Shown piece after piece: positions 27,076 through 35,564 of a stretch of 64,000 nucleotides of DNA. The notes under the pieces were generated by a model. The model was not told where the DNA came from. It saw only the letters and a program-made list of their open reading frames with translations, and did no database searches. The position numbers were made by a program, and so were the translations under genes. Source of the DNA: Verrucomicrobiota bacterium. Its GTDB lineage: Bacteria; Verrucomicrobiota; Verrucomicrobiia; Opitutales; Opitutaceae. How positions within the stretch are numbered: the first letter of the stretch is position 1; the number at the start of each line of letters is the position of its first letter. The stretch covers positions 2,872 to 66,871 of the forward strand of contig JAEZAD010000089.1 in NCBI GenBank assembly GCA_023430565.1. The letters are read 5' to 3'.

Positions 27076-29235
27076 ATGCCCATTTCACCGGAGTCATTCA
27101 AATCGCTGGACGACGCCGCCAATCGTCTCGCCGCCGAATCCATTCTTGCCCAAACGGGTCGCGACGACGGCCTGGTGCCGGCGTATAGCCTGCTGAGCGA
27201 TTTACGCGACCTCGCGGTGGACGAACCGGCGTTGCACGCGCCAATTGTCGCCACGCACGCGGTGCTCGAGCAACTGCTCGACAGCGCGAAGCCGTTCGAC
27301 GGGGCGACGTTGGGCAAGCTCCGGGCGTTCGTCGAATGGCTGCCGGGCGCCCTCGAGGCGATCAAGTCCGGGGCGGCGCCGGTTTCGCTCGGCGAAACGG
27401 TCGCCGCCGCGCCCGCCGCGTCCGCTCCGGCGCCTGTGGCGCCCGCGATTGCGGACGAGGAGGGCGATTCGCAGGACGTGATGATGACGCTGCACCTCGA
27501 CGAGAATCGCGAGCTGCTGGGCGAGTTTTACAACGAGGCGGTGGATCATCTGCAGCAGATCGAGGCGGCGCTGCTCGCGCTGGACCAGGAGCCGGACAAT
27601 CCCGAGGCGCTCAACTCCATCTTTCGCTCCTTTCATACGATCAAGGGCAACGCCGGCTTTCTCGGCCTCATGCCGATGCACACGCTCGCGCACGAGGTCG
27701 AGTCGTTGCTCGATCTGGCGCGCAACCGGCAGCTGCGGCTCAACGCCGCGATCATCACGGAAATCCTGCGCAGCCGCGACGCGCTGGTCGCCCTGACCAA
27801 TCAGGTCTCGCTCGCACTCGAAAAAGGGCAGCTGCCCGATCAGATCATTCCCGTTGGACGTCTGGTTCGGGCCGTAAAGCGGCTTGCGGCGGATCCGACG
27901 GCGGTGATCGAGGCGCCGTCGGCGAAGGCGAGCGTTTCGATTCCGACGGCAAACGCCGCTGTCCCCGCGGGACCCGCGGCGGAAACCGTTTCGTCCCCCG
28001 CCGCACCCGCGACGCCAGCCGCGGCCGCTCCGGTCGCGAAGGCCGCGGCCACGGTGGCTGCTCCCAAGGCGAGCGGCGGTGCCACGGTGCGCGTGAACAC
28101 CGAGAAACTCGATTCGCTGATGGACGTCGTCGGCGAGCTCGTGATCGTGCAGAGCCAGCTGCTCGAAACGGCGCGGCAGCACGGCGAGAACACCGGTTCA
28201 CCGCTGCAGCGCAACGTCGCCCAGCTCTCGCGCATCACCAAGGAACTGCAGCACACGGCGATGTCGTTGCGCATGATTCCGATCAAGCAGAGCTTCCAGA
28301 AAATGGAGCGGCTCGCGCGCGACCTGGCGCGAGATTTCGACAAGAAAGTCCACTTTGTGACGAGCGGCGAAGACACCGAGCTCGATCGCACCGTCGTCGA
28401 GGAGATCGGCGATCCGCTCGTGCACATGGTGCGCAACGCCCTCGACCACGGGCTCGAGACGACCGCCGCGCGCATCGCCGCGGGCAAGCCGGAAGCCGGC
28501 ACGCTCCACCTGAAAGCTTATCATCAGGGCAGCAACATCGTGATCGAGCTGCAGGACGACGGCCGCGGCATCGATCCGGCGAAGATTTTCCAGAAAGCGC
28601 TCGAGAAGGGCATCGTTGCCGCGGATGAGGAGCTCAGCCGCGAGGAAACGCTCGCGTTGATTTTTGCGCCCGGTTTCTCGACAGCGGAGAAAGTCACCGC
28701 GGTGTCCGGTCGCGGCGTCGGGATGGACGTGGTTAAGCGCAACATCGAGAAACTCCGCGGCAAGATCGAGATCACCTCCGAGGTGGGGAAGGGCTCGACG
28801 TTCAAGATCAAGCTGCCGCTCACGATGGCGATCATCGACGGTCTCGTGGTGCGGGTGGGCGAGGATCGTTTCATTCTGCCGAGCACCTCGGTGCAGCGGG
28901 CGCTGCGGCCGAGTCGCGAAAGCATTTCGACGGTTCACGGCCAGGGGGAGGTGCTCGACCTGCGCGGGCGGCTCGTTCCGATCCATCGCCTGCACCGCCG
29001 CTTTGGCATTCCGCACAGCGCGGAAAATCCATGGGACGGCATCGTCGTCATCGTCGAACATTCCGGAAAAGTCTCGGCGCTGCTCGTCGATGAAATGGTG
29101 AGCAAGCAGGAAGTCGTCATCAAAAACCTCGGCGCGTTCATGCAGAGCCTGCCGGGGGTCGCCGGCGGCGCGATTCTCGGCGACGGCAACATCGCGCTGA
29201 TCCTGGATCCCGCCACGCTGCTGCAGGCGGCGTGA
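27076..29235 (+). CDS. cheA: chemotaxis histidine kinase CheA (no C-terminal receiver domain)
   Basis: HPt motif FRSFHTIKGNAGFLG, HATPase motifs (DDGRGID, GRGVGMDVV) and a terminal CheW-like domain. About 130 aa of unknown sequence precede the HPt domain. Confidence 0.9.
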   Translation: MPISPESFKSLDDAANRLAAESILAQTGRDDGLVPAYSLLSDLRDLAVDEPALHAPIVATHAVLEQLLDSAKPFDGATLGKLRAFVEWLPGALEAIKSGAAPVSLGETVAAAPAASAPAPVAPAIADEEGDSQDVMMTLHLDENRELLGEFYNEAVDHLQQIEAALLALDQEPDNPEALNSIFRSFHTIKGNAGFLGLMPMHTLAHEVESLLDLARNRQLRLNAAIITEILRSRDALVALTNQVSLALEKGQLPDQIIPVGRLVRAVKRLAADPTAVIEAPSAKASVSIPTANAAVPAGPAAETVSSPAAPATPAAAAPVAKAAATVAAPKASGGATVRVNTEKLDSLMDVVGELVIVQSQLLETARQHGENTGSPLQRNVAQLSRITKELQHTAMSLRMIPIKQSFQKMERLARDLARDFDKKVHFVTSGEDTELDRTVVEEIGDPLVHMVRNALDHGLETTAARIAAGKPEAGTLHLKAYHQGSNIVIELQDDGRGIDPAKIFQKALEKGIVAADEELSREETLALIFAPGFSTAEKVTAVSGRGVGMDVVKRNIEKLRGKIEITSEVGKGSTFKIKLPLTMAIIDGLVVRVGEDRFILPSTSVQRALRPSRESISTVHGQGEVLDLRGRLVPIHRLHRRFGIPHSAENPWDGIVVIVEHSGKVSALLVDEMVSKQEVVIKNLGAFMQSLPGVAGGAILGDGNIALILDPATLLQAA

Positions 29236-29269
29236 GGCCTGGCGCGACTTTCGATTTTTTCCTTCCCAC

Positions 29270-30142
29270 GTGAACGCGTTCAAACCCCCGACCATCGAGC
29301 AAGTCTGCGAGCGTGCGCTGCGCCTTCCCTGCTCACCGGCTTTGCTGCCGCGGCTGATCACCGCCCTGCAGTCGCCCGACAGCAGCGCGGACGACATCGC
29401 CGGCATCATCACCGTCGATCCCGGCCTCGCGTCGTCGACGCTCCGGCTTGCCAACTCCGCTTATTTCGCGGGCTCGACGGCGGTCGACAGCGTCGCGGAG
29501 GCGGTCATGCGACTCGGCCAGCAGGAACTCTACCGGCTCGCCGCGCTGGCGCTCGTGAGCCGCTGGGAATCGGGCGTCGGCCACGGAGAGGCGGGCGATT
29601 TTTGCCGGCACGCCCTGTGCACGGCGATCGCGGCGGAAGTGCTCGCGGAGACGACCGAGCGCGTGCCGCCGGAGACGGCCTACACGGCCGGCCTCGTGTG
29701 CGATCTCGGCAAGCTCGCACTGACGCATGCGTGCGACACATTTTATCCCGCGATCCGCGCGCACTGCGCGACGCAACAATGCACCTGGACCGACGCGGAG
29801 ACAGCGGTGCTCGGCTATCATCACATTCAAGTCGGCGCACGCTTGCTGCGCGCGTGGAATTTTCCCGCGGTGCTCGTGGCGGTCGCGGAACATTACCTGC
29901 GTCCCTCACAAGCGCCGGCGGACGCGCTGCCGTTGATCGCGCACCTGCATGCCGCGAAATACATCGCGACGTCGTTCGGTCCCGGCGTCGGCGAGGATGG
30001 CTTCCTGTTCTCGCTCAACGAATCGTTCCTGCTCGAGTGGGGCTTCACGCCCGAACTGCTGCAGGAGTCGATGCCGATCGTGCACGAGCGCGCGGTGGCG
30101 CGCTTGAAGGACAAACTTTCGCAAGGGGCCGTTTCGCTGTGA
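29270..30142 (+). CDS. HDOD domain-containing protein
   Basis: 290 aa. LPCSPALLPRLITAL...DDIAGIITVDPGLASSTLRLANSAYF is typical of HDOD. GTG start. Confidence 0.85.
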   Translation: MNAFKPPTIEQVCERALRLPCSPALLPRLITALQSPDSSADDIAGIITVDPGLASSTLRLANSAYFAGSTAVDSVAEAVMRLGQQELYRLAALALVSRWESGVGHGEAGDFCRHALCTAIAAEVLAETTERVPPETAYTAGLVCDLGKLALTHACDTFYPAIRAHCATQQCTWTDAETAVLGYHHIQVGARLLRAWNFPAVLVAVAEHYLRPSQAPADALPLIAHLHAAKYIATSFGPGVGEDGFLFSLNESFLLEWGFTPELLQESMPIVHERAVARLKDKLSQGAVSL

Positions 30143-30294
30143 CGAAGCCCGTCCAATCTTTCTCCGCTCCCTCAAGTTTGCCGTGGCCCGTCCGTATAAC
30201 GGAGCGCGGCGCCAGGCCGCCCCGGACCTCGTTCATGTTTTTCTTCCTTCAATCTTGCTGCGGAATCGCGCCCAGCGCTTCCGCCGTCTGACGC

Positions 30295-30816
30295 ATGGGC
30301 TCACCGACCATCGCCTCCATTTTCGCGCAGCGCGTCGTCATCGGCGTGGGCGACATGGCTGTGTCGAACAACAATCTGGTGACGCTCAGCACCTACGCGC
30401 TGGGCTCGTGCATCGGAGTGGTCGCCTACGATCCGATGGTGAAGGTGGGCGGCATCCTGCACATGATGCTGCCGGATTCCTCGATCTCGCCGGACAAGGC
30501 CCGCGCGCAGCCGGCGATGTTTGCCGACACCGGCCTGCCGCTGTTCTTCCGTTCGCTCGCGGGCCTGAAGGCGGACCGCAGCCGTATCCGGATTTTCGTC
30601 ACGGGCGGCGCGTGCGTGCTGTCGAGCCACGACAATTTCAAGATCGGCGAGCGCAACACGAAGGCGACGCTCGAGTATCTCGCGGTCAACGGTTATCGCG
30701 TGCGCCAGCAGGTGACGGGCGGCACGACGAATCGCACGGTGCATCTGGAGATCGCGACCGGCGACATGACGTTGAAGACGCCGGAGGCGAACGAGGGTAT
30801 TTCACTCGCGGCGTAA
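30295..30816 (+). CDS. cheD: chemoreceptor glutamine deamidase CheD
   Basis: YALGSCIGVVAYDPMVKVGGILHMMLP carries the catalytic Cys/His region of CheD. Confidence 0.9.
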   Translation: MGSPTIASIFAQRVVIGVGDMAVSNNNLVTLSTYALGSCIGVVAYDPMVKVGGILHMMLPDSSISPDKARAQPAMFADTGLPLFFRSLAGLKADRSRIRIFVTGGACVLSSHDNFKIGERNTKATLEYLAVNGYRVRQQVTGGTTNRTVHLEIATGDMTLKTPEANEGISLAA

Positions 30817-30858
30817 CGCGATGCGCGGGCGTCGGAGGCGTATTGTCCTCGGCTCGTG

Positions 30859-30893
30859 GAAAAAACGAAAAGAGCGCGGTGAGGGCACCGCGC
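30859..30893 (-). terminator. rho-independent terminator of the cheR-cheB-RR operon
   Basis: Stem GCGCGGTG (30874-30881) pairs with CACCGCGC (30886-30893), 4-nt loop. On the minus strand it is followed by TCTTTTCGTTTTTTC. Confidence 0.6.
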
Positions 30894-30924
30894 CTCCAGA
30901 GAAGACGAGCAGAGTGGCGCGGCC

Positions 30925-32199
30925 TCAGATCCGCACGAGCAGACGCTGGCTGATCGGCGTGACCTGGTTGTGGCTGCGGATCTTGGCGATCGTGCCGGGG
31001 CTGAGCTCCTGGCCTTCGCCGATCAACAGCAGGCCGTGCGGGCTGTAGATGCCGTTGGCGAGCACCATGCCCGGCTCGAGTTCGTGCAGGGTGATTTCGC
31101 GCACCTGGCGCGGAAGCTGCGCGAGGTTCGTGACCTTGAGGAAAAGCCGCACGGCCTCCGGATCGTAGGCGCTGCCGGATTGCGACAGGACCAGATCGAT
31201 CGCCGCGGATTTCGGCAGACCGGATTCGACGTAGCCGACCGCGACGGCGAGGCACCGCGCGGCCCACGGAATCGCGTCGCCGGCGAGACCGTCGGGATAA
31301 CCGCGTCCATCGAAGCGTTCGTGATGCCCGCGGATGACTTCGCCCACGCCCGTGCCGTCGTCGACGAGGGCGGCGAGGGTCTGCGAGTAAACGGGGTGAT
31401 TGTGCAGCATCGCCCGCTCGCGCTCGGTGAGGTCCTCGGGCTTCGAGCGAAACGCGCGCAGCATTTCGCGCGGCACGCCGATCAGGCCGATGTCGCAGAG
31501 CCACGCTGCGGTGCGCAGCGCGTGGCGCTGTTCGTCGTCGAGCAATTCGCTCACGGCCATGTGACCGGCGAACTCGACGAGGGCCTTCGCCTGACCCCCG
31601 AGGATGGGATCGTAAGTCGTGAGGATGCGACGGCAGAGCTCGAGGGAGTGCTCGTAATTGGCGGCGAGGTCGCGATTGGCGGCGTCGAGCCGCTGTTTTT
31701 GCTGTTCGAGATCCTCGACCTGTTTGGCGAGGGCGGCGTTGGCCTGCGTGAGCTGCGCGTTGAGGCTCTGCGTTTCGGCCTGGAGGATGGCGTTGTGCGT
31801 GACGAGTTCGTGCCGGTGGACGGCGTTGCGAACGGTCGCGATCAGTTCCTCGCGCAGCCACGGTTTCGCGACGAAGCGGAAAATTTCGCCCTTGTTGATC
31901 GCGTCGACAATCGTCGGCAGCGACAGCACCGCGGTGATGAGGATCCGCGAGGCGTGCGGCCGGATGCGGCGGCTCTCGATCAGAAAATCGAGGCCGAGCA
32001 TCTCGGGCATTTTTTGATCGGAGATGATGACGGCGAAGTCGCGTTCCTGCAGAATCGCGAGCGCTTTCGTGGGGCTCGAGCAGGCGACGACGTGGAACCG
32101 CTCGCGCTCGAGCGTTTGTTGGAGCGCGGCCAGCACGACCGGCTCGTCATCGACGATCAGGATGGTGGACGGCGGAGGCGGCGTAAGGGACTCGGGCAT
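30925..32199 (-). CDS. response regulator, REC plus HD-GYP domain (RpfG-like, HD motif degenerate)
   Basis: REC motifs: ILIVDDEP, IISDQKMPEM, FVAKPW. HD-GYP motifs: HHERFDGRGYPDGL present, but LCDIGL where HDIGK is expected. ATG at 32199, 2 nt after the cheB stop. Confidence 0.85.
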   Translation of the reverse strand: MPESLTPPPPSTILIVDDEPVVLAALQQTLERERFHVVACSSPTKALAILQERDFAVIISDQKMPEMLGLDFLIESRRIRPHASRILITAVLSLPTIVDAINKGEIFRFVAKPWLREELIATVRNAVHRHELVTHNAILQAETQSLNAQLTQANAALAKQVEDLEQQKQRLDAANRDLAANYEHSLELCRRILTTYDPILGGQAKALVEFAGHMAVSELLDDEQRHALRTAAWLCDIGLIGVPREMLRAFRSKPEDLTERERAMLHNHPVYSQTLAALVDDGTGVGEVIRGHHERFDGRGYPDGLAGDAIPWAARCLAVAVGYVESGLPKSAAIDLVLSQSGSAYDPEAVRLFLKVTNLAQLPRQVREITLHELEPGMVLANGIYSPHGLLLIGEGQELSPGTIAKIRSHNQVTPISQRLLVRI

Positions 32200-32201
32200 G
32201 G

Positions 32202-33287
32202 CTAGGCGGACGCAAGCGCTGGGGACTCGGAAAGGGTGGGAAAAGGATGGACCAGGAAATCGGCGATGCGACCGAGCGAAATTTGCCGCTGCGCAGCGCC
32301 GTTTTCCCAGGCGGCACGAGGCATGCCGTAAACGATGCTGCTCGCTTCGTCCTGGGCGAAGGTGATCGCGCCGAGCTCGCGCAGGCGCAGCAGGCCTTCC
32401 GCTCCGTCCTTGCCCATGCCGGTCAGCACGCCCGCGACCGCATGCGGGGCGGCGCCGCAGTCGGCGGCGGATTTGAACAACACGTCGACAGCGGGTCGTT
32501 GGTGCCAGACTTGCGGACCACCCGTGACGCGCGCGCGGTAGTGATCGCCGTGCCACTGCACCATGAGGTGAAAATTGCCGGGTGCGATCAGCGCGACGCC
32601 GGGTTCGAGCCGCTCGCCGTCGACGGCTTCGCGCACGTCGAAGGCGCATTGTTCGCTCAGCCGGTCGGCGAACGCCTTAGAAAACACCGGCGGAATATGT
32701 TGCACGATCGCGATCGGCGGCAGGCCGGCGGGCAGGCGCGTGAGCACGGCGCGAAGCGCTTCGGTGCCGCCGGTCGATGCGCCGAGCAGGATGACCTGAC
32801 GCGTCGTCGGCGAGGCGGTGCGCGGCTGGGCGCGACCGAGGGAGGCCGCGGGCGCGTTGGCGGTTGCGGTCGTGGTGGGTCGCGAGGCGAGGCGAACGCC
32901 GGCGGCGGCCTTGACCCGTCCGATGAGTTGCGGGCCGAGGTCGCCGAAGGAATACGAGCCGGCCGGCTTGCCGAGCACGTCGCACGCGCCGAGCCGAAGG
33001 GCTTCGAGCGCATAGTCGGAGCCGCGCTGCGAGAGTGAGCTCATGATCACGACGGGCATCGGATGCTGCTCCATCAGGATGCGGAGAAACGTCAGGCCGT
33101 CCATGCGCGGCATCTCGAGATCGAGCGTGATCACGTCGGGCTTGAGCTGCTTGATCTTGTCGCGCGCCACATATGGATCGCCGGCGGTGCCGACGACGTC
33201 GATTTCCGGATCGGCGCTCAACGCGTCGGTCGCGAGTTTGCGGACGACCGCGGAGTCGTCGACGATCAGCACGCGAATGCGTTTCAT
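32202..33287 (-). CDS. cheB: protein-glutamate methylesterase CheB (REC plus esterase)
   Basis: RVLIVDDSAVVR, ITLDLEMPRMDG, GASTGGTEAL and TGMGKDGA. Confidence 0.9.
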   Translation of the reverse strand: MKRIRVLIVDDSAVVRKLATDALSADPEIDVVGTAGDPYVARDKIKQLKPDVITLDLEMPRMDGLTFLRILMEQHPMPVVIMSSLSQRGSDYALEALRLGACDVLGKPAGSYSFGDLGPQLIGRVKAAAGVRLASRPTTTATANAPAASLGRAQPRTASPTTRQVILLGASTGGTEALRAVLTRLPAGLPPIAIVQHIPPVFSKAFADRLSEQCAFDVREAVDGERLEPGVALIAPGNFHLMVQWHGDHYRARVTGGPQVWHQRPAVDVLFKSAADCGAAPHAVAGVLTGMGKDGAEGLLRLRELGAITFAQDEASSIVYGMPRAAWENGAAQRQISLGRIADFLVHPFPTLSESPALASA

Positions 33288-34111
33288 GGGACGGAGAGGG
33301 GCGGCTTCCGATAGACGGCGGGGCGCACGGTTTGGAGCGGATGCCGGATGGCGGTGAGGCTCTCGGCGTGTCCAACAAACAAATACCCGCCGGGCACGAG
33401 GAGCCGCGCGAGCTTGTTGACGAGTTCTTCCTGCGTCGGCCGATCGAAATAGATCATCACGTTGCGGCAGAAGATGACCTGGAACGGTTCGCGGAAAGGC
33501 GGTTCGCCCTCGAGCAGGTTGAGCTGCCGGAAAGCGATGCGTTCGCGCAGGGGCGCTTTCACGCGGTAGTTGCCGTCCTGCGGGCCGAAGCCGCGCTGGA
33601 AGTGTGTCTGGATCGTCGCCTTCGGCAGGCGATGGACGGCTTCGTCGCGATAGATCGCCGCGCGCGCTTTCGCGAGGACGCGGTGGGAGATATCCGTCGC
33701 GTCGATGTGCCATGACCAGCCGGTGATCGCGTCGGCGAGCGTGATGGCGAGGGAGTAGGGCTCTTCGCCGGACGAACACGCGGCGCTCCACAGGCGGAAG
33801 CGTTGCCATTTCTCCTTTGCGGCGCGCTCGCGCATCTCGGGCACGACGGTCTGCCGCAGAAAATCGAAGTGAGCCTGCTCGCGAAAAAAGAACGTGTGAT
33901 TGGTCGAGATCGCGTCGATCAGGTTCGACAACTCGGCCTCCGCGCCGGGCGACTGCAACAGCCGGCAGTAATCGCCCACCGTCGGCAGGTTGGTCGCTCG
34001 CAGCCGCTTGCCGAGACGGGCCGAGACCAGCTCGCGCTTGTCCGCGCTCAGGCTGATGCGGCTGCGCTCGTAGACGAGGCTGCGGATGAAATCGAACTCG
34101 CTTTCCCTCAT
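33284..34111 (-). CDS. cheR: chemotaxis protein methyltransferase CheR
   Basis: TNHTFFFRE, WSAACSSGEEPYS and IFCRNVMIYF. ATGA overlap with cheB. Confidence 0.9.
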   Translation of the reverse strand: MRESEFDFIRSLVYERSRISLSADKRELVSARLGKRLRATNLPTVGDYCRLLQSPGAEAELSNLIDAISTNHTFFFREQAHFDFLRQTVVPEMRERAAKEKWQRFRLWSAACSSGEEPYSLAITLADAITGWSWHIDATDISHRVLAKARAAIYRDEAVHRLPKATIQTHFQRGFGPQDGNYRVKAPLRERIAFRQLNLLEGEPPFREPFQVIFCRNVMIYFDRPTQEELVNKLARLLVPGGYLFVGHAESLTAIRHPLQTVRPAVYRKPPLSVP

Positions 34112-34296
34112 GAGGACTTAGCCCTATATCGGCGCGACGCCGCGAGAATGAAGGAGGGTCTTGAGGAATGTTGCGCGTTCTTCGCCCGGCAAAAATTTCC
34201 GGTGAATCCGGCGTTAAATTCCCGGAACGCGTGGAACGCGCGTCCGCAAAATCTATTTCTTACGCGTTCAGTTAGTTGCGCGTGTATCCGTTTTGC

Positions 34297-34312
34297 TGGC
34301 ACCTGCTTTGCT
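34297..34312 (+). promoter_or_regulatory. sigma-54 (-24/-12) promoter candidate for the flgB operon
   Basis: CTGGCAC-CTGCT-TTGCT fits YTGGCAC-N5-TTGCW exactly. It ends 13 nt before the flgB GTG. Confidence 0.5.
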
Positions 34313-34324
34313 TAACCGCCCGCG

Positions 34325-34711
34325 GTGATCGACCCGATCTTCAATTCCGACCATTACCAGCTCGCTCGGAAGCTGCTCGACGCAACCGTGCTGCGCGAGG
34401 AGGCGATCGCGTCCAACATCGCCAATGCCGAGACGCCGGGCTACCAGCGGCTCGACGTCGCGCCGGACTTTGCGGCGCAACTGAAGGCCCAACTCGCGTC
34501 CGGCGATTTCGGAGCCAACGCCAGCCGCATCCACCCGCAACTCTCCCCCGATCTCACCGCGCGCAGCCTCCGCCCCGACGGCAACACCGTCGAAATCGAG
34601 CGCGAGCTTCTCGCGATGAATCACAACGCCGTGCAGCACGAGTTCCTCACCGAGGTCGTCTCCGGCAGCCTCAAACAGCTCAAAGTCGCCATCACCGGGA
34701 GGACCGTGTAA
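34325..34711 (+). CDS. flgB: flagellar basal-body rod protein FlgB
   Basis: SNIANAETPGYQRLDV motif and operon position. Confidence 0.9.
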   Translation: MIDPIFNSDHYQLARKLLDATVLREEAIASNIANAETPGYQRLDVAPDFAAQLKAQLASGDFGANASRIHPQLSPDLTARSLRPDGNTVEIERELLAMNHNAVQHEFLTEVVSGSLKQLKVAITGRTV

Positions 34712-34716
34712 CGCCC

Positions 34717-35136
34717 ATGAACCTCATCTCCGGCATCGACATCATCGGCGGCGCGCTGAACGCGCAGAAGAGCCGCCTCGACATCGTCGCGCAAAACATC
34801 GCCAACGCCCAGACCACGCGCACGCCCAGTGGCGGCCCTTACCAGCGCCAGGTCGTCAATTTCGAGAGCGAGCTCGTCAAGCGCACCAACGCCACCGGCG
34901 CCTCGCTCCAAAGCGTGAAGATCGCCCAGATCGCCACCGATCGCACCCCGGGCCAGCAGGTCTACAACCCGCAGCATCCCGATGCCGGCGCGGACGGCCT
35001 CGTCACGATGCCCAACGTCAACCTCTCCTACGAAATGGTCGACCTCATCACCGCCTCGCGCGCTTACGAAGCCAATCTGGCCGTCGCGAAAAACTCCCGG
35101 CAGATGGCCCTGCGCACGATCGGGATGATGAAGTAA
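34717..35136 (+). CDS. flgC: flagellar basal-body rod protein FlgC
   Basis: QNIANAQTTRT and VDLITASRAYEANL. ATG at 34717 inside the longer listed ORF. Confidence 0.9.
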   Translation: MNLISGIDIIGGALNAQKSRLDIVAQNIANAQTTRTPSGGPYQRQVVNFESELVKRTNATGASLQSVKIAQIATDRTPGQQVYNPQHPDAGADGLVTMPNVNLSYEMVDLITASRAYEANLAVAKNSRQMALRTIGMMK

Positions 35137-35170
35137 ACGCGCCTTCCGCCGCCTCTTTTCCCTGCTTCCC

Positions 35171-35503
35171 ATGTCACCCGTCAGCCTCGTTTCCCCGATC
35201 AATCCCGGCGCGCTGACGCGCATTGACGCCCCCCTCCCGAAGACCCCGCTCTCGCCCAGCGGTCCGCTTACCTCCGCGCCCACGCAGGGTTTCGACCAGA
35301 TGCTCGAGGGCATCGTGTCGACCGTCACCGACAAGCAGGCCAACGCGCAGGCGCTCACCCGCAAGGTCCTGCTCGGCGAGTCCGACCAGCTGCATCAAAG
35401 CGTGATCGCGATGCAGGAAGCCTCGGTCGCGTTTTCCATGATGGTCGAGGTGCGCAACAAGCTCGTCGAATCCTACCAGGAACTCATGCGCATGCAGGTG
35501 TGA
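35171..35503 (+). CDS. fliE: flagellar hook-basal body complex protein FliE
   Basis: C-terminal VEVRNKLVESYQELMRMQV is the FliE signature. Confidence 0.85.
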   Translation: MSPVSLVSPINPGALTRIDAPLPKTPLSPSGPLTSAPTQGFDQMLEGIVSTVTDKQANAQALTRKVLLGESDQLHQSVIAMQEASVAFSMMVEVRNKLVESYQELMRMQV

Positions 35504-35564
35504 GCGCGTCGGTCTTTTCTCCGTTTTCTCCTTCTAATCTTTCTCCTCCCCGGCGTCCCGCCCG

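Noticed and set aside
34126-34133. Sigma-28-like -10 box (GCCGATAT on the minus strand) 15-22 nt upstream of the cheR start
   Set aside because: It matches GCCGATAA at 7 of 8 positions, but there is no acceptable TAAA -35 element at the 15-nt spacing (TTCA instead). The implied leader would be under 10 nt. It is not called, but worth a look if a fliA gene exists.
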